20,358 bases of DNA from Chlamydiota bacterium (GTDB lineage: Bacteria; Chlamydiota; Chlamydiia; Chlamydiales; SM23-39): contig JBCDEZ010000028.1 of assembly GCA_039179045.1 (NCBI GenBank), positions 1 through 20,358 on the forward strand, given 5' to 3'. The notes below the pieces were generated by a model that saw only the letters and a list, made by a program, of their open reading frames with translations, had not been told where the DNA came from and did not search any database. The stretch's first letter is position 1, and every line of letters starts with the position of its first letter. Both the position numbers and the translations under genes were made by a program. Below, one piece after another: positions 6,968 through 16,086 of this stretch.

Positions 6968-8554
6968 TTGCATTTAGAGCAGTACCGCGCAACGTTTGCA
7001 CCTGAACTTCCCCAAGCCCTTTCCCAGCTCGAGCGGGCAGTTTTTGTACCTCGCAAACGGGGGAGTACTGATAAAGAGATTGCGCGGCTTTTCCCACGTA
7101 CGCAAGAGCAAGACTCTTTGGATGTGGTGGTGCAAGCTCTTCAAGGAACATCTTTTTCAAGAACAATCCAAAAGGTGGGAGTTGTTTTCTCGGGAGGACA
7201 AGCTCCTGGAGGGCACAATGTCATTGCAGGTCTTTACGATGCGCTGCAAAAGATTGCTCCTACCAGCGTACTGCTCGGATTTCTAGGAGGCCCTTCTGGT
7301 ATCTTGGAAAAGCGTTACCTCGAAATTGAGAAAGAGCTGTTGCAAAAATACCGCAACCAAGGAGGGTTTGATCTAATCGGTTCAGGGCGCACCAAACTCG
7401 AAAGTGCAGCAGATCTTGCTGCCTCTTTAGAGGTTTGCTCTACCTTAGATCTCGATGGGCTTGTGATCATTGGAGGAGATGATTCGAACACGAACGCCGC
7501 CCTTTTAGCTGAGTACTTTTTGGAGCATGGATGCAAAACATCGGTGGTGGGAGTTCCTAAAACAATTGATGGTGACCTGCAGTCGGAAGAAATTCCTATC
7601 TCCTTTGGTTTTGATACAGCGACCAAAATCTACGCAGAGCTGATTGGCAATATTGGAAAAGATGCGCTCTCCGCGAAAAAGTACTACCACTTCATCCGCC
7701 TGATGGGGCGCTCTGCTTCCCATGTCGCTTTGGAGTGCGCTTTGAAAACCCATCCGAACCTCACACTCCTTTCTGAGGAGTGTTGGGAAAAGAAGCGCTC
7801 TCTTAGCGAGGTGGTCGAAGAGATCACAACCCTAATCGAAAAGAGGGGAGAAAAAGGCCTGTTTTATGGGGTGCTCCTCATCCCAGAGGGCCTCTTGGAG
7901 TTCCTTCCCGAGATGCAGTCTTTGATCCAAGCTATCAATGAAATTCTTGCGGGGAAAGGAACCGTACCTGCCTCTTTACCACGTCCGCTGGCATACCTTT
8001 TCGATAGCCTTCCCGAGAAAATCCAACAGCAACTCCTTTTGGATCGCGATCCCCACGGAAATGTGCAAGTCTCAAAAATTGAAACCGAAGCTCTTCTCAT
8101 CACTCTTGTTCAAAGGAGGCTCGAAGAAAAAGGTCTCTTCGAGGGAACCTTTCGCCCCGTTTCCCATTTTCTCGGCTACGAGGGAAGAGCGGGATATCCC
8201 TCCAACTTCGACGCGAACTACTGCTACTCTCTTGGTACGATCGCAGCGCTGTTGATTCGGGGCAGCCATTCGGGTTACATGGCAACGTGCCGCTCCTTGC
8301 ACCTGGATACTCAAAAATGGGAGCCTAAGGCCATTCCGATCACTATGCTCATGCAAATGGAGAGACGCAAAGGAAAAGACAAACCTGTGATCAGAAAGGC
8401 CCTGGTTGATTTTTCCTCTGCTGGCTATCAAAGCTTTGCTGCCAAAAGAGAGGCATGGAAATGGGAAGACGACTACCAGATGCCTGGTCCCTTGCAACTT
8501 TTTGGCCCCTCAGATCTTGTCAATATCAAGCCGATCAGCTTGCGCCAATCGTAA
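6968..8554 (+). CDS. pfp: Pyrophosphate-dependent phosphofructokinase (diphosphate--fructose-6-phosphate 1-phosphotransferase), long clade
   Basis: 528 aa, TTG start with SD AAGGAG. Motifs SGGQAPGGHNV, GGDDSNT (Asp variant associated with PPi use), PKTIDGD, LMGRSASH, GYEGR. Confidence 0.93.
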   Translation: MHLEQYRATFAPELPQALSQLERAVFVPRKRGSTDKEIARLFPRTQEQDSLDVVVQALQGTSFSRTIQKVGVVFSGGQAPGGHNVIAGLYDALQKIAPTSVLLGFLGGPSGILEKRYLEIEKELLQKYRNQGGFDLIGSGRTKLESAADLAASLEVCSTLDLDGLVIIGGDDSNTNAALLAEYFLEHGCKTSVVGVPKTIDGDLQSEEIPISFGFDTATKIYAELIGNIGKDALSAKKYYHFIRLMGRSASHVALECALKTHPNLTLLSEECWEKKRSLSEVVEEITTLIEKRGEKGLFYGVLLIPEGLLEFLPEMQSLIQAINEILAGKGTVPASLPRPLAYLFDSLPEKIQQQLLLDRDPHGNVQVSKIETEALLITLVQRRLEEKGLFEGTFRPVSHFLGYEGRAGYPSNFDANYCYSLGTIAALLIRGSHSGYMATCRSLHLDTQKWEPKAIPITMLMQMERRKGKDKPVIRKALVDFSSAGYQSFAAKREAWKWEDDYQMPGPLQLFGPSDLVNIKPISLRQS

Positions 8555-8561
8555 GACCCCT

Positions 8562-9944
8562 TCACTCTTCGATGAGTTTGATCTCTTGCCAGCACCCTTT
8601 CTGGAAGCGCCAGAAATACAAAGAACAAGAGATGAACGAATAGGCAACAAAAATTGCCCAGGCCGATTCTATCGCAAGCGAGTTTTGTAAAATCAAAAAG
8701 TAGATAGGAAAGATCAGAAACGCCCAAACACTACAGCTGCCTGCAATCAGCAAAAAAAGCGTGTCTCCCGCTGCTGTCAATATGCCTGCAATTACCCAGC
8801 GTATCCCCTCAAAGAAGAGATAGAGAAAAGAGCAGAAAAGGCAGATCCAAAGTGTACTCATACTCGATCCGCTTTCCGCGGAGAGGATGTACCTCGTAGC
8901 ATCGGGGAAAAGGTGCATGATCCATTCGCTTGGCATGAGAAAAGCAATGGCAATAGTAAGAGAGAAAAGGCACTGCAGGTAGATGCCCGAGCGGAGCACC
9001 TGGTGGACTAATCTCGGTTCTTTCGCACCGATGAAGTTCCCAGAAAGCGCAGTAACCCCCCGGCTGAGTCCTTCGATGAAGAAAGAGAGGAGAATCAAAA
9101 AACTCTGACAAATCCCCGAAATGATGATATGATCTTTGCTAGCAGAGCTCATGAGATCGTAGAAGATCGCAAATCCCATCATTTCGAGCATGTAGAAAAT
9201 ACCTTGTGGCAATCCTACTCGAAACGATTTGTAAAAGAGCTTGGGGCAGATGCGCCAGTGGTTGGTGCGGAAAGTGTGTTGGTGGCAGGGACGCAAAAAG
9301 AGCAGGAAAAGAGTAATCGCCTGAAAGATGTAGCCAAGTGATGTGGCGATTGCAGCTCCTTTGATCCCCATTTCGGGGAAAAGGCTGGGTACCCCAAAAA
9401 TAAATACGCCATCTAAACCGATGTTCAAGACATTGCCTAGAACAGCAAGGTAGATCAAAATCTTCGTTTTCCCCCTTCCGATGTAGAATCCAGAAAGGGC
9501 GCTCATCAAGGTGTAAAAAGGACCAAAGAGTAAGAGGTAGGAAAAGTAGTCGCTTTGCGCTGCGCTTCCCTCTCCTCGAAATAGGAAGGGTGGGGCGTAG
9601 AAAGCGAGAGGCAAAAAGACGAATATGGAGAAAAAAGAGAGCCAGATCATCTGCCAGACAGCCGTGCCAATCGTCTGCTCCCTTTTTGCACCGAAGTACT
9701 GGGCTACAAAAATCTCACTCATAGAGGCGATCATTCCAAAGCCCCCTAAAAATGCCCAGGCCCATGTGCCCGAGCTCGTTGCACTAATGAGCGCGCTTGT
9801 CGAGTAGTAGTCTAGGAAAATCCGGTCGATGAAGATCATGAAAAGGGAAGCGAAATTCGAGATCATCAGAGGTAAAGAGATTCTCCAAAGCGCCCCGGTG
9901 CTCCGATCATCCGGGTTTAGTGACGAAGATTGGTCTATTTCCAT
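8562..9944 (-). CDS. MATE-family efflux transporter
   Basis: 460 aa with ~12 hydrophobic segments. MATE hallmarks ISLPLMISN, IDRIFL, GNVLNIGLD, MGIKGAAIAT, GNFIGAK, AAGDT. Confidence 0.9.
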   Translation of the reverse strand: MEIDQSSSLNPDDRSTGALWRISLPLMISNFASLFMIFIDRIFLDYYSTSALISATSSGTWAWAFLGGFGMIASMSEIFVAQYFGAKREQTIGTAVWQMIWLSFFSIFVFLPLAFYAPPFLFRGEGSAAQSDYFSYLLLFGPFYTLMSALSGFYIGRGKTKILIYLAVLGNVLNIGLDGVFIFGVPSLFPEMGIKGAAIATSLGYIFQAITLFLLFLRPCHQHTFRTNHWRICPKLFYKSFRVGLPQGIFYMLEMMGFAIFYDLMSSASKDHIIISGICQSFLILLSFFIEGLSRGVTALSGNFIGAKEPRLVHQVLRSGIYLQCLFSLTIAIAFLMPSEWIMHLFPDATRYILSAESGSSMSTLWICLFCSFLYLFFEGIRWVIAGILTAAGDTLFLLIAGSCSVWAFLIFPIYFLILQNSLAIESAWAIFVAYSFISCSLYFWRFQKGCWQEIKLIEE

Positions 9945-9999
9945 ATACCCTCAGAATAGCATATTTGAAGAGATTTTTCACTGTACAAAATGCGCAAAT

Positions 10000-10677
10000 A
10001 TGAGAAACGATAAGAGGGCACCTTTTGCTAGAAGTAGGTATGGATTGCGCCAAGTTTTTGCTAGAATCCGTTGGGCCTTACGAGAGTATGCAGTCCTTGT
10101 TCGCAGAGATTACTCTGTCTCTCTTTTTTTGCTCGACCTGGTCTATTTTTTCACTTATCTGTTCATCAGCCCCTTTGCTTTAGCGCGAAAAGAGCGAGGA
10201 AAAAACAATGTGTATGGGGAAACCCCTTATACGATTCTAAGTCAGATCGGTAGAGTTACGGGCCTATCACCTAAGACACGTTATTTAGAGCTTGGTTCAG
10301 GCAGGGGAAAGGGCGTTTTTTTCATGCGGATCCGTTTTGACAGCTGGGCTACAGGCGTAGAGTGGGTCGCTCCTTTTGTGCACCGCGCGCAGGGAATTCA
10401 ACGACTTTTTTCTTTGCATAAAATCGATTTCCGCTATGGTGATTTGCACCGGACTTCTTTTGAAGGGGTAGATGTTGTCTACGTCTACAGCACCTGCTTT
10501 ACAGATGAAGAGCTAGAAGCGCTTGCAAGGCAGACAAGTGGGTTGCAAAAAGGTGCGTATATCATCACGGTGAGTGTGCCCCTCTACCCCCTTTCTGCAT
10601 CCTTAACTTTAGAAAAGCGCTTTCTTGCCCGGTTCCCTTGGGGGAAAACTGAAGTTTACATACAAAAAAAGAGGTGA
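10000..10677 (+). CDS. Class I SAM-dependent methyltransferase with DOT1-like motif order
   Basis: Motifs VYGET, YLELGSGRG (motif I), GVEW, GDL, VVYVYSTCF. Start taken at ATG 10000 (TTG 10045 is an alternative) because the track start at 9829 overlaps the divergent MATE gene. Confidence 0.85.
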   Translation: MRNDKRAPFARSRYGLRQVFARIRWALREYAVLVRRDYSVSLFLLDLVYFFTYLFISPFALARKERGKNNVYGETPYTILSQIGRVTGLSPKTRYLELGSGRGKGVFFMRIRFDSWATGVEWVAPFVHRAQGIQRLFSLHKIDFRYGDLHRTSFEGVDVVYVYSTCFTDEELEALARQTSGLQKGAYIITVSVPLYPLSASLTLEKRFLARFPWGKTEVYIQKKR

Positions 10678-10680
10678 TGC

Positions 10681-11493
10681 ATGGAACTTCCCTGGAAAAC
10701 GCTTGGATCAGGAGTCAAAGTACCTGTTCTAGGGCTCGGCACCTGGAAGCTACAAGGCACGGAGTGCAGAGAAGCGGTGCGCTCTTCTTGGGAGGCGGGC
10801 TACCGCCACTTCGACACCGCTGCGATCTACAAAAATCACGTACAAGTAGCAGAAGGCTTGCGAGGATTCCCTCGTGATCAGCTCTTTCTTGTGAGCAAAC
10901 TGTGGCACGAACAGGGGCGGCCGGAGCAGGTAGAAGAGGCGCTGAATCAAGCCCTTTTAGAGCTTCAGGTTGATTACCTCGATCTGTATCTTGTCCATTG
11001 GCCAAACCGGGAGTATTTGCCCGATGTTCTGCATGTGATGGAGAAGATGCGTGCTAAGGGAAAGCTCCGCGCGTCGGGCGTTTGCAACGCGACCATCCAC
11101 CACTTACAAGATGCCCTCGATCAGGGAGTAGCGGTCGAAGTGAACCAAGTAGAGCTACACCCCTTTTTGCAGCAGCCTAAGTTGGCCGCCTTTTGCGAAG
11201 AGCACCAGATCGCACTGACTGCCTATTCCCCCCTAGCACGAGGAGAGGTGATCCGTCATCCCCTGATCATGAAAATCGCGCAAGAAGAGGAGAAAACAGC
11301 CGCCCAGATCGCCTTGGCTTGGTCGTTACAAAAAGGGCACATCGTTATCCCGAAGGCGAGCTCCTTTTCTCGGATGCAAGAAAACGCTGAGAGTGTCTTC
11401 TGCACGCTCTCTTCTAGCGCTATGCGGGCTTTACAAGCGCTGGATGAAGAGCGCAGACTCATTCATCCCGACTTCGGAGAATTTGCCTATTAA
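10681..11493 (+). CDS. Aldo/keto reductase (DkgA/DkgB-like)
   Basis: 270 aa. GLGTW, catalytic tetrad in FDTAAIY, SKLW and LVHWP; NQVELHP, AYSPLARG, IVIPKAS. SD GAGGTG overlaps the upstream stop. Confidence 0.93.
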   Translation: MELPWKTLGSGVKVPVLGLGTWKLQGTECREAVRSSWEAGYRHFDTAAIYKNHVQVAEGLRGFPRDQLFLVSKLWHEQGRPEQVEEALNQALLELQVDYLDLYLVHWPNREYLPDVLHVMEKMRAKGKLRASGVCNATIHHLQDALDQGVAVEVNQVELHPFLQQPKLAAFCEEHQIALTAYSPLARGEVIRHPLIMKIAQEEEKTAAQIALAWSLQKGHIVIPKASSFSRMQENAESVFCTLSSSAMRALQALDEERRLIHPDFGEFAY

Positions 11494-11526
11494 ACGAGAG
11501 AAAAGATATTATAGAATCTTTTCGAG

Positions 11527-13311
11527 ATGGTAATGGAAAATTCGTGGGAACAGCGCCCCTGGAAAGCGCGCTCTGTACAGATCGGTCGCGTGTCCATAGG
11601 AGGCGCGCATCCTATTGCTGTGCAAAGCATGACCAATACCGATACAAACGACATCCCTGCTAGCGTCGACCAGGTGATGCGTCTTGTCGATGCGGGCGCC
11701 GACCTGGTCCGCTTGACTGTACAGGGCAAGCGGGAGGCTTTTTCCTTAGATAAGATCAAAAATATTTTGATCCGAAAGGGTTATGCTGTTCCCCTAATTG
11801 CCGATATCCATTTCTATCCCCCAGCAGCGCTTCTTGCTGCCGAGTTTGTGGATAAAATCCGGATCAATCCGGGTAACTTTGCCGATAAAAGAGCCTCTTT
11901 CAAACAGGAGAGCTATACAATAGAGAAATGGGCGAGGGAAAAAAAGCGTCTCGAAGAGAAGTTTACTCCTCTGGTGCTCCTTTGCAAAAAGCGGGGAGTG
12001 GCTCTCAGAATTGGGGCAAATCATGGCTCCCTTTCCGATAGGATTTTGAATGCCTATGGCGATACGCCCAAAGGTATGGTCGAATCGGTCATCGAGTTTG
12101 CTGAGATTTGCCGCAAGCACGATTACCATCAACTCGTTTTTTCCCTGAAATCGAGCAATCCCTTGGTGATGATGGCAGCGTACCGTCTTTTCGTTTCGAC
12201 CATGCAGGAAAGGAGATGGGCCTACCCTCTCCACGTTGGAGTAACTGAGGCGGGCGCTCAAAGAGAGGGGAGGATCAAATCCTTTTTGGGGATTGGAGCT
12301 CTTCTCCTCGAAGGCATCGGCGACACAGTGCGGATTTCTTTGACCGAGGATCCCGTCCGAGAGATTCCCGCAGCAAAACAGCTCGTGCGTTACTGCAATG
12401 CCGAAAGGGAAAAAAAAGAGATGCTCCCATTTTTTGGACCTTTTTCCCCTTCCAAAAAACCGTATCTCTTTGTCCTGACTACAGAAGAAAAGGAACTTTC
12501 TTCCCCCACTTTTTTCCGAGATCTTGGTATGAAGCAAGAAAAGGGAGTATGGCAAAAAACGGTGCAAACTCCAGACGGAATCGTCTTGAAAGAGCCCTTG
12601 AGTGCTTCTTCCAGCCTCGACGTTCTCCTATCTGCAGGTCTCCGCGTTTGGGTGCCAAGCCGCAAGGAGACCTGTAACAAGAAGGGATCCTCTTTCCTCG
12701 GAGCTCCTAGCAGTTACCTCGAAGAGCTCTCATCTTATCAAGAAAACTACTTCTTTCTCGACTTGTACAATCCGAAAGGAGCGCACGCGCGCCGAGAAAT
12801 CTTGCAGACTAAAGGAGCGGTTCCGTGCATCTTTTTTGCGAGGTATCCTGCGCAAGCAATCCCTTTAGAGCCCTCGGTCGATCTCGGGCCCCTACTTGCA
12901 GACCGCTTGGGAGAGGGGATATGCCTCGACATGCCCTTGCCTCTTCAAGAGAGAAGGGAACAGGGGTGGGCCCTTTTGCAGGCAGCTCGCCTGCGTTCTG
13001 TCAAAACCGAATTTATTTCCTGCCCAAGTTGCGGGCGCACTCTTTTTGATCTCGAACAAGTGACTGAACGGATCCGAGCCAAGACGGGACACCTTCCCGG
13101 CGTGAAAATTGCAGTCATGGGATGCATCGTCAATGGCCCTGGAGAGATGGCTGATGCCGACTTCGGATACGTGGGCTCACGCCCTGGAAAAATCGATCTC
13201 TACATAGGAAAAACGCGGGTGAAGCAAAATATTCCATTCGCCGACGCAGAGCGGGAGCTGATCACACTCTTGCAAGAGGAGGGGAAATGGATCGATCCTC
13301 CCTCTATTTAA
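11527..13311 (+). CDS. ispG: (E)-4-hydroxy-3-methylbut-2-enyl-diphosphate synthase, long three-domain form
   Basis: 594 aa. Motifs VQSMTNT, LIADIHF, RINPGN, RIGANHGSLS, YPLHVGVTEAG, GDTVRISLT. 4Fe-4S ligands in CPSCGR and GCIVNGPGE. Has a central inserted domain. Start may be 11533. Confidence 0.96.
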   Translation: MVMENSWEQRPWKARSVQIGRVSIGGAHPIAVQSMTNTDTNDIPASVDQVMRLVDAGADLVRLTVQGKREAFSLDKIKNILIRKGYAVPLIADIHFYPPAALLAAEFVDKIRINPGNFADKRASFKQESYTIEKWAREKKRLEEKFTPLVLLCKKRGVALRIGANHGSLSDRILNAYGDTPKGMVESVIEFAEICRKHDYHQLVFSLKSSNPLVMMAAYRLFVSTMQERRWAYPLHVGVTEAGAQREGRIKSFLGIGALLLEGIGDTVRISLTEDPVREIPAAKQLVRYCNAEREKKEMLPFFGPFSPSKKPYLFVLTTEEKELSSPTFFRDLGMKQEKGVWQKTVQTPDGIVLKEPLSASSSLDVLLSAGLRVWVPSRKETCNKKGSSFLGAPSSYLEELSSYQENYFFLDLYNPKGAHARREILQTKGAVPCIFFARYPAQAIPLEPSVDLGPLLADRLGEGICLDMPLPLQERREQGWALLQAARLRSVKTEFISCPSCGRTLFDLEQVTERIRAKTGHLPGVKIAVMGCIVNGPGEMADADFGYVGSRPGKIDLYIGKTRVKQNIPFADAERELITLLQEEGKWIDPPSI

Positions 13312-13433
13312 TGCTACTATTTCCGGTTCTGTGTATCTTGCGTCTGGGAATCTGATTCCATGAGTGACATCTTTGCAAACAGAGCTTCTACATCTCGAGA
13401 TCGTATGGATAAATACCTTACGAATGCGAGGCC

Positions 13434-14297
13434 CTACGAAAAACCCACATCCGACCAACGGTGGCAATAAGGTCTGAGTCCCTTTTTCTTGTAGTAGTTC
13501 TGATGGTATTGCTCAGCGGGGTAAAAGCGGCTTGCTGGACGTATGTTTGTCGCCACTTCGACTTTTCGACGGGTAAGGTGTGCGCGGCACGCTCTTGCAC
13601 TCTGTTTTTGCGATGCGCTCAAGTAGAAAATCGCTGAGGTGTACTGGGGGCCTATGTCGGGCCCTTGCCCCCCTTTTTGGGCAGAGTCGTGCAAAGAGAA
13701 GAACTTCTCGGTCAGTGTTCTATACGAGAGCAATTTTTTTGAAAAGGTCACCTCGACTGCTTCTAGATGACCCGTTTTTTTCGTACACACCTCTTCGTAG
13801 GTGGGGTAGACGACTTGCCCTCCTGTATATCCTACCGTTGTTTGCAAAACACCGGGCACCTCTTGGATCAGGTATTCGACACCCCAAAAGCAACCAGCTG
13901 CATAAAGAGCGCGCTCTTGCCCCTCCCTTGCGTAAAGAGGATTTTTCCAAAGTGCTACGGAGTTGATGCAAAATCGTATATTGTTCCTTGTTAGGCCTTC
14001 GCCTCGAAAGACGTGACCTAGGTGTCCCTTGCAGCGGGCGCAAAGGACCTCTTTTCGCATCCCATCGGGATCGTCTTTTTCTACTACCCCTTGCAAGGAG
14101 GCACCATCAAATGCAGGCCAACCGCAAGGAGAGAAGAACCGTTCTTCTGCAGTAAACAGAGGAAGATCGCACTGCTTGCAAAGATAGATTCCCTGAAACG
14201 CACCAGCCTCTTCAGGTTCCCGAAATGGAGATTCTGTACCCCTATGGTGGAGGATTTCCTCCTCTTCTGAAGAGAGTAAATGGAACCGTTTCAACAT
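13434..14297 (-). CDS. msrAB: Bifunctional peptide-methionine sulfoxide reductase, MsrB-MsrA fusion
   Basis: N-terminal MsrB (CKQC, CGWPAF, CARC, GHLGHVF, RFCINS) and C-terminal MsrA (AGCFWGVE, GPQYTSAIF, AEQYHQNYY). ATG 14297 chosen for its upstream GAAGG; 14327 is an alternative. Confidence 0.93.
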   Translation of the reverse strand: MLKRFHLLSSEEEEILHHRGTESPFREPEEAGAFQGIYLCKQCDLPLFTAEERFFSPCGWPAFDGASLQGVVEKDDPDGMRKEVLCARCKGHLGHVFRGEGLTRNNIRFCINSVALWKNPLYAREGQERALYAAGCFWGVEYLIQEVPGVLQTTVGYTGGQVVYPTYEEVCTKKTGHLEAVEVTFSKKLLSYRTLTEKFFSLHDSAQKGGQGPDIGPQYTSAIFYLSASQKQSARACRAHLTRRKVEVATNIRPASRFYPAEQYHQNYYKKKGLRPYCHRWSDVGFS

Positions 14298-14522
14298 TTT
14301 CGTACCTTCTCGTGGTGTTGCGTCCATCCCCCAGCCCTCTCGGCTTTACTCTAAATAGCAATCTTGCAATCTACAGATTCGGGAGAGATTTCTCTCCTCT
14401 TTTATACTATATTTAGGCAAAAATCGAGAAAAAATGCAGGACTGGCTACACCCGCCTCCTGCATTGCACCTCTCTAAACTCCCTTGGACAACAAATCGTG
14501 TAGGAGGTATGCTATACGTCTT

Positions 14523-15467
14523 GTGGAAACGGCAGTTTACAAAAATCTTACACAAACAAGGCTTGCAGATATCCGAGAGCTGTTGAGAGGAGGGGAGTTG
14601 GTCGCTTTCCCTACGGAGACAGTCTATGGGCTCGGCGCTCTTTTTTCCCATGAGGCAGGTATCCAAGGGGTTTACCGAGTGAAAGGGCGCCCCGCGGACA
14701 ATCCCTTGATCGTACATGTGAGCTCTTCTGCGATGATGCAATCGCTGATTGCCCCATCAAAGCTGCAAGAAAGGCGCCTAGAGGCTCTCGCCCCCTTTTT
14801 TCCAGGCCCTTTGACTGTGGTCTTGCCTGCCCCCCCCGCTTTGCAGGGACGCCCCGGTTTGCAAGGAGGAACCATCGCGATCCGAATGCCAAGCCATCCA
14901 ATAGCAATGTCTTTGATTGCTTTTTTACAAGAGCCCCTTGTTGCCCCCTCGGCAAATCTTTCAGGGAGGCCGAGCCCTACTAGCGCGGGCGCTGTTCTTG
15001 AAGATTTGGAAGGAAAAATTCCCCTGCTCCTCGATGGAGGCGTTTGCACAATTGGTCTCGAATCGACAGTGCTCGATCTGAGTTCTTCTGATCCCCAAGT
15101 ATTGCGGCCTGGCTCCATCACGTGCGAGATGCTTAGTACCGCTCTTGGATGCACCGTGCCCCTTGTGCGCAAACCGTCGTCACTTTCACCTGGAGGGCGG
15201 TACCCCCATTACGCCCCGAAGGCTTGCGTTGTTTTGTTTACCTCTCTAGACGAGGTACGCGCATTTGATCAGGAAAGTACCCTGTTTTTATCCTACCGAG
15301 AGCCTGTTCTTGCAGGATTTGAGGGGTTTCGTAAGAAAAATTTGTATGCTCTTTTCCGCAAAGCAGATAAAATGAATAAGAAAACTGTTGCGATTTACGT
15401 TGACGGGGCTGTTCTACGCGATGATGCCCTCATGAACCGGATAACAAAGGCAGCACAAAGTGGCTGA
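14523..15467 (+). CDS. sua5: Threonylcarbamoyl-AMP synthase, Sua5 type (YrdC domain + Sua5 C-terminal domain)
   Basis: Motifs VAFPTETVYGLG, KGRPADNPLIVH, PGPLT, APSANLSGRPSPT, GLESTVLD, LRPG, SPG...HYAP. GTG at 14523 is a more plausible start than TTG 14484. Confidence 0.93.
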   Translation: METAVYKNLTQTRLADIRELLRGGELVAFPTETVYGLGALFSHEAGIQGVYRVKGRPADNPLIVHVSSSAMMQSLIAPSKLQERRLEALAPFFPGPLTVVLPAPPALQGRPGLQGGTIAIRMPSHPIAMSLIAFLQEPLVAPSANLSGRPSPTSAGAVLEDLEGKIPLLLDGGVCTIGLESTVLDLSSSDPQVLRPGSITCEMLSTALGCTVPLVRKPSSLSPGGRYPHYAPKACVVLFTSLDEVRAFDQESTLFLSYREPVLAGFEGFRKKNLYALFRKADKMNKKTVAIYVDGAVLRDDALMNRITKAAQSG

Positions 15468-16002
15468 TCATACAGCATATCCTTCCGAAATTTTGGACGC
15501 TGGAGCAAGCGAGAAATCGCTCGACAGACCCACTTCTGCTTGGGTACGCTTTTTTGCGCGCATGGTTGACTACGGGTGGATCTATCTCCTTCTCTACGTG
15601 CTCCGCCGCTATTTCCTAGGAATACCTCACTACTTGTTCTACTACTTTCCTATCGAATACGCTCTTTTCATCCCTATCGAGGCCCTCTTTCTTTGGTGTA
15701 AACAGGCGACTCCTGGCAAAATGTTGCTTTCGATCCGCGTGCAGCATACACAGGGAGATTTCTCTTTTTCCCGCTGTCTTCGACGGGCTTGCAAAGTCTA
15801 CTTCCGCGGCGTGGGAATGGGTGTCTTCCTCGTCCACTTTTTCTGTTTATCTTTGTCCTACTCCCGGTTTGTGCAGACGGGAAGAGCAGTATGGGATGCA
15901 GAAGAGCACTTCGAAGTGCATCACAAGATTCCCCAGTCTACGAATATTCTTTTGGGGATCTTTCTTTTTTTCTTTTTCTTCTTTTTCAAACGGTACGCGT
16001 AA
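15460..16002 (+). CDS. RDD-family membrane protein
   Basis: 180 aa. RFFARMVD and ATPGKMLL motifs, several TM segments, late WD. Overlaps the sua5 end by 8 nt. Confidence 0.85.
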   Translation: MADHTAYPSEILDAGASEKSLDRPTSAWVRFFARMVDYGWIYLLLYVLRRYFLGIPHYLFYYFPIEYALFIPIEALFLWCKQATPGKMLLSIRVQHTQGDFSFSRCLRRACKVYFRGVGMGVFLVHFFCLSLSYSRFVQTGRAVWDAEEHFEVHHKIPQSTNILLGIFLFFFFFFFKRYA

Positions 16003-16005
16003 TCC

Positions 16006-16086
16006 ATACCTATTTCGCTTGAAGAACTGGATGCAGATTCGGACTATGTAGAGGTAAAAAAAGAGTTCGATTTTAGAGTTCTTCAA
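16006..16086. repeat. Degenerate dispersed intergenic repeat / MITE-like remnant, copy 1
   Basis: ATACCTATTTCGCTTGAAGAA (16006-16026) matches 19310-19330 at 18/21. Internal perfect 10-bp inverted repeat TTGAAGAACT (16019-16028) / AGTTCTTCAA (16077-16086). Confidence 0.5.

Noticed and set aside
9829..9999. N-terminal extension of the methyltransferase
   Set aside because: It overlaps the start of the divergent MATE gene on the opposite strand and is largely its antisense translation.
11794..12567. 257-aa antisense ORF within ispG, and the many other 60-170-aa nested ORFs in the track
   Set aside because: These are shadows of well-supported genes on the opposite strand or in another frame, with no domain motifs.
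13312..13433. Bidirectional terminator between the convergent ispG and msrAB genes
   Set aside because: Only short or imperfect palindromes (GGAATC-T-GATTCC, ATCTCGAGAT, TCGTA...TACGA) without U tracts; not enough to call.
14509..14586. 25-aa ORF directly after AGGAGGT as a leader peptide
   Set aside because: SD-to-ATG spacing is zero, the ORF overlaps sua5 out of frame, and it has no recognisable features.
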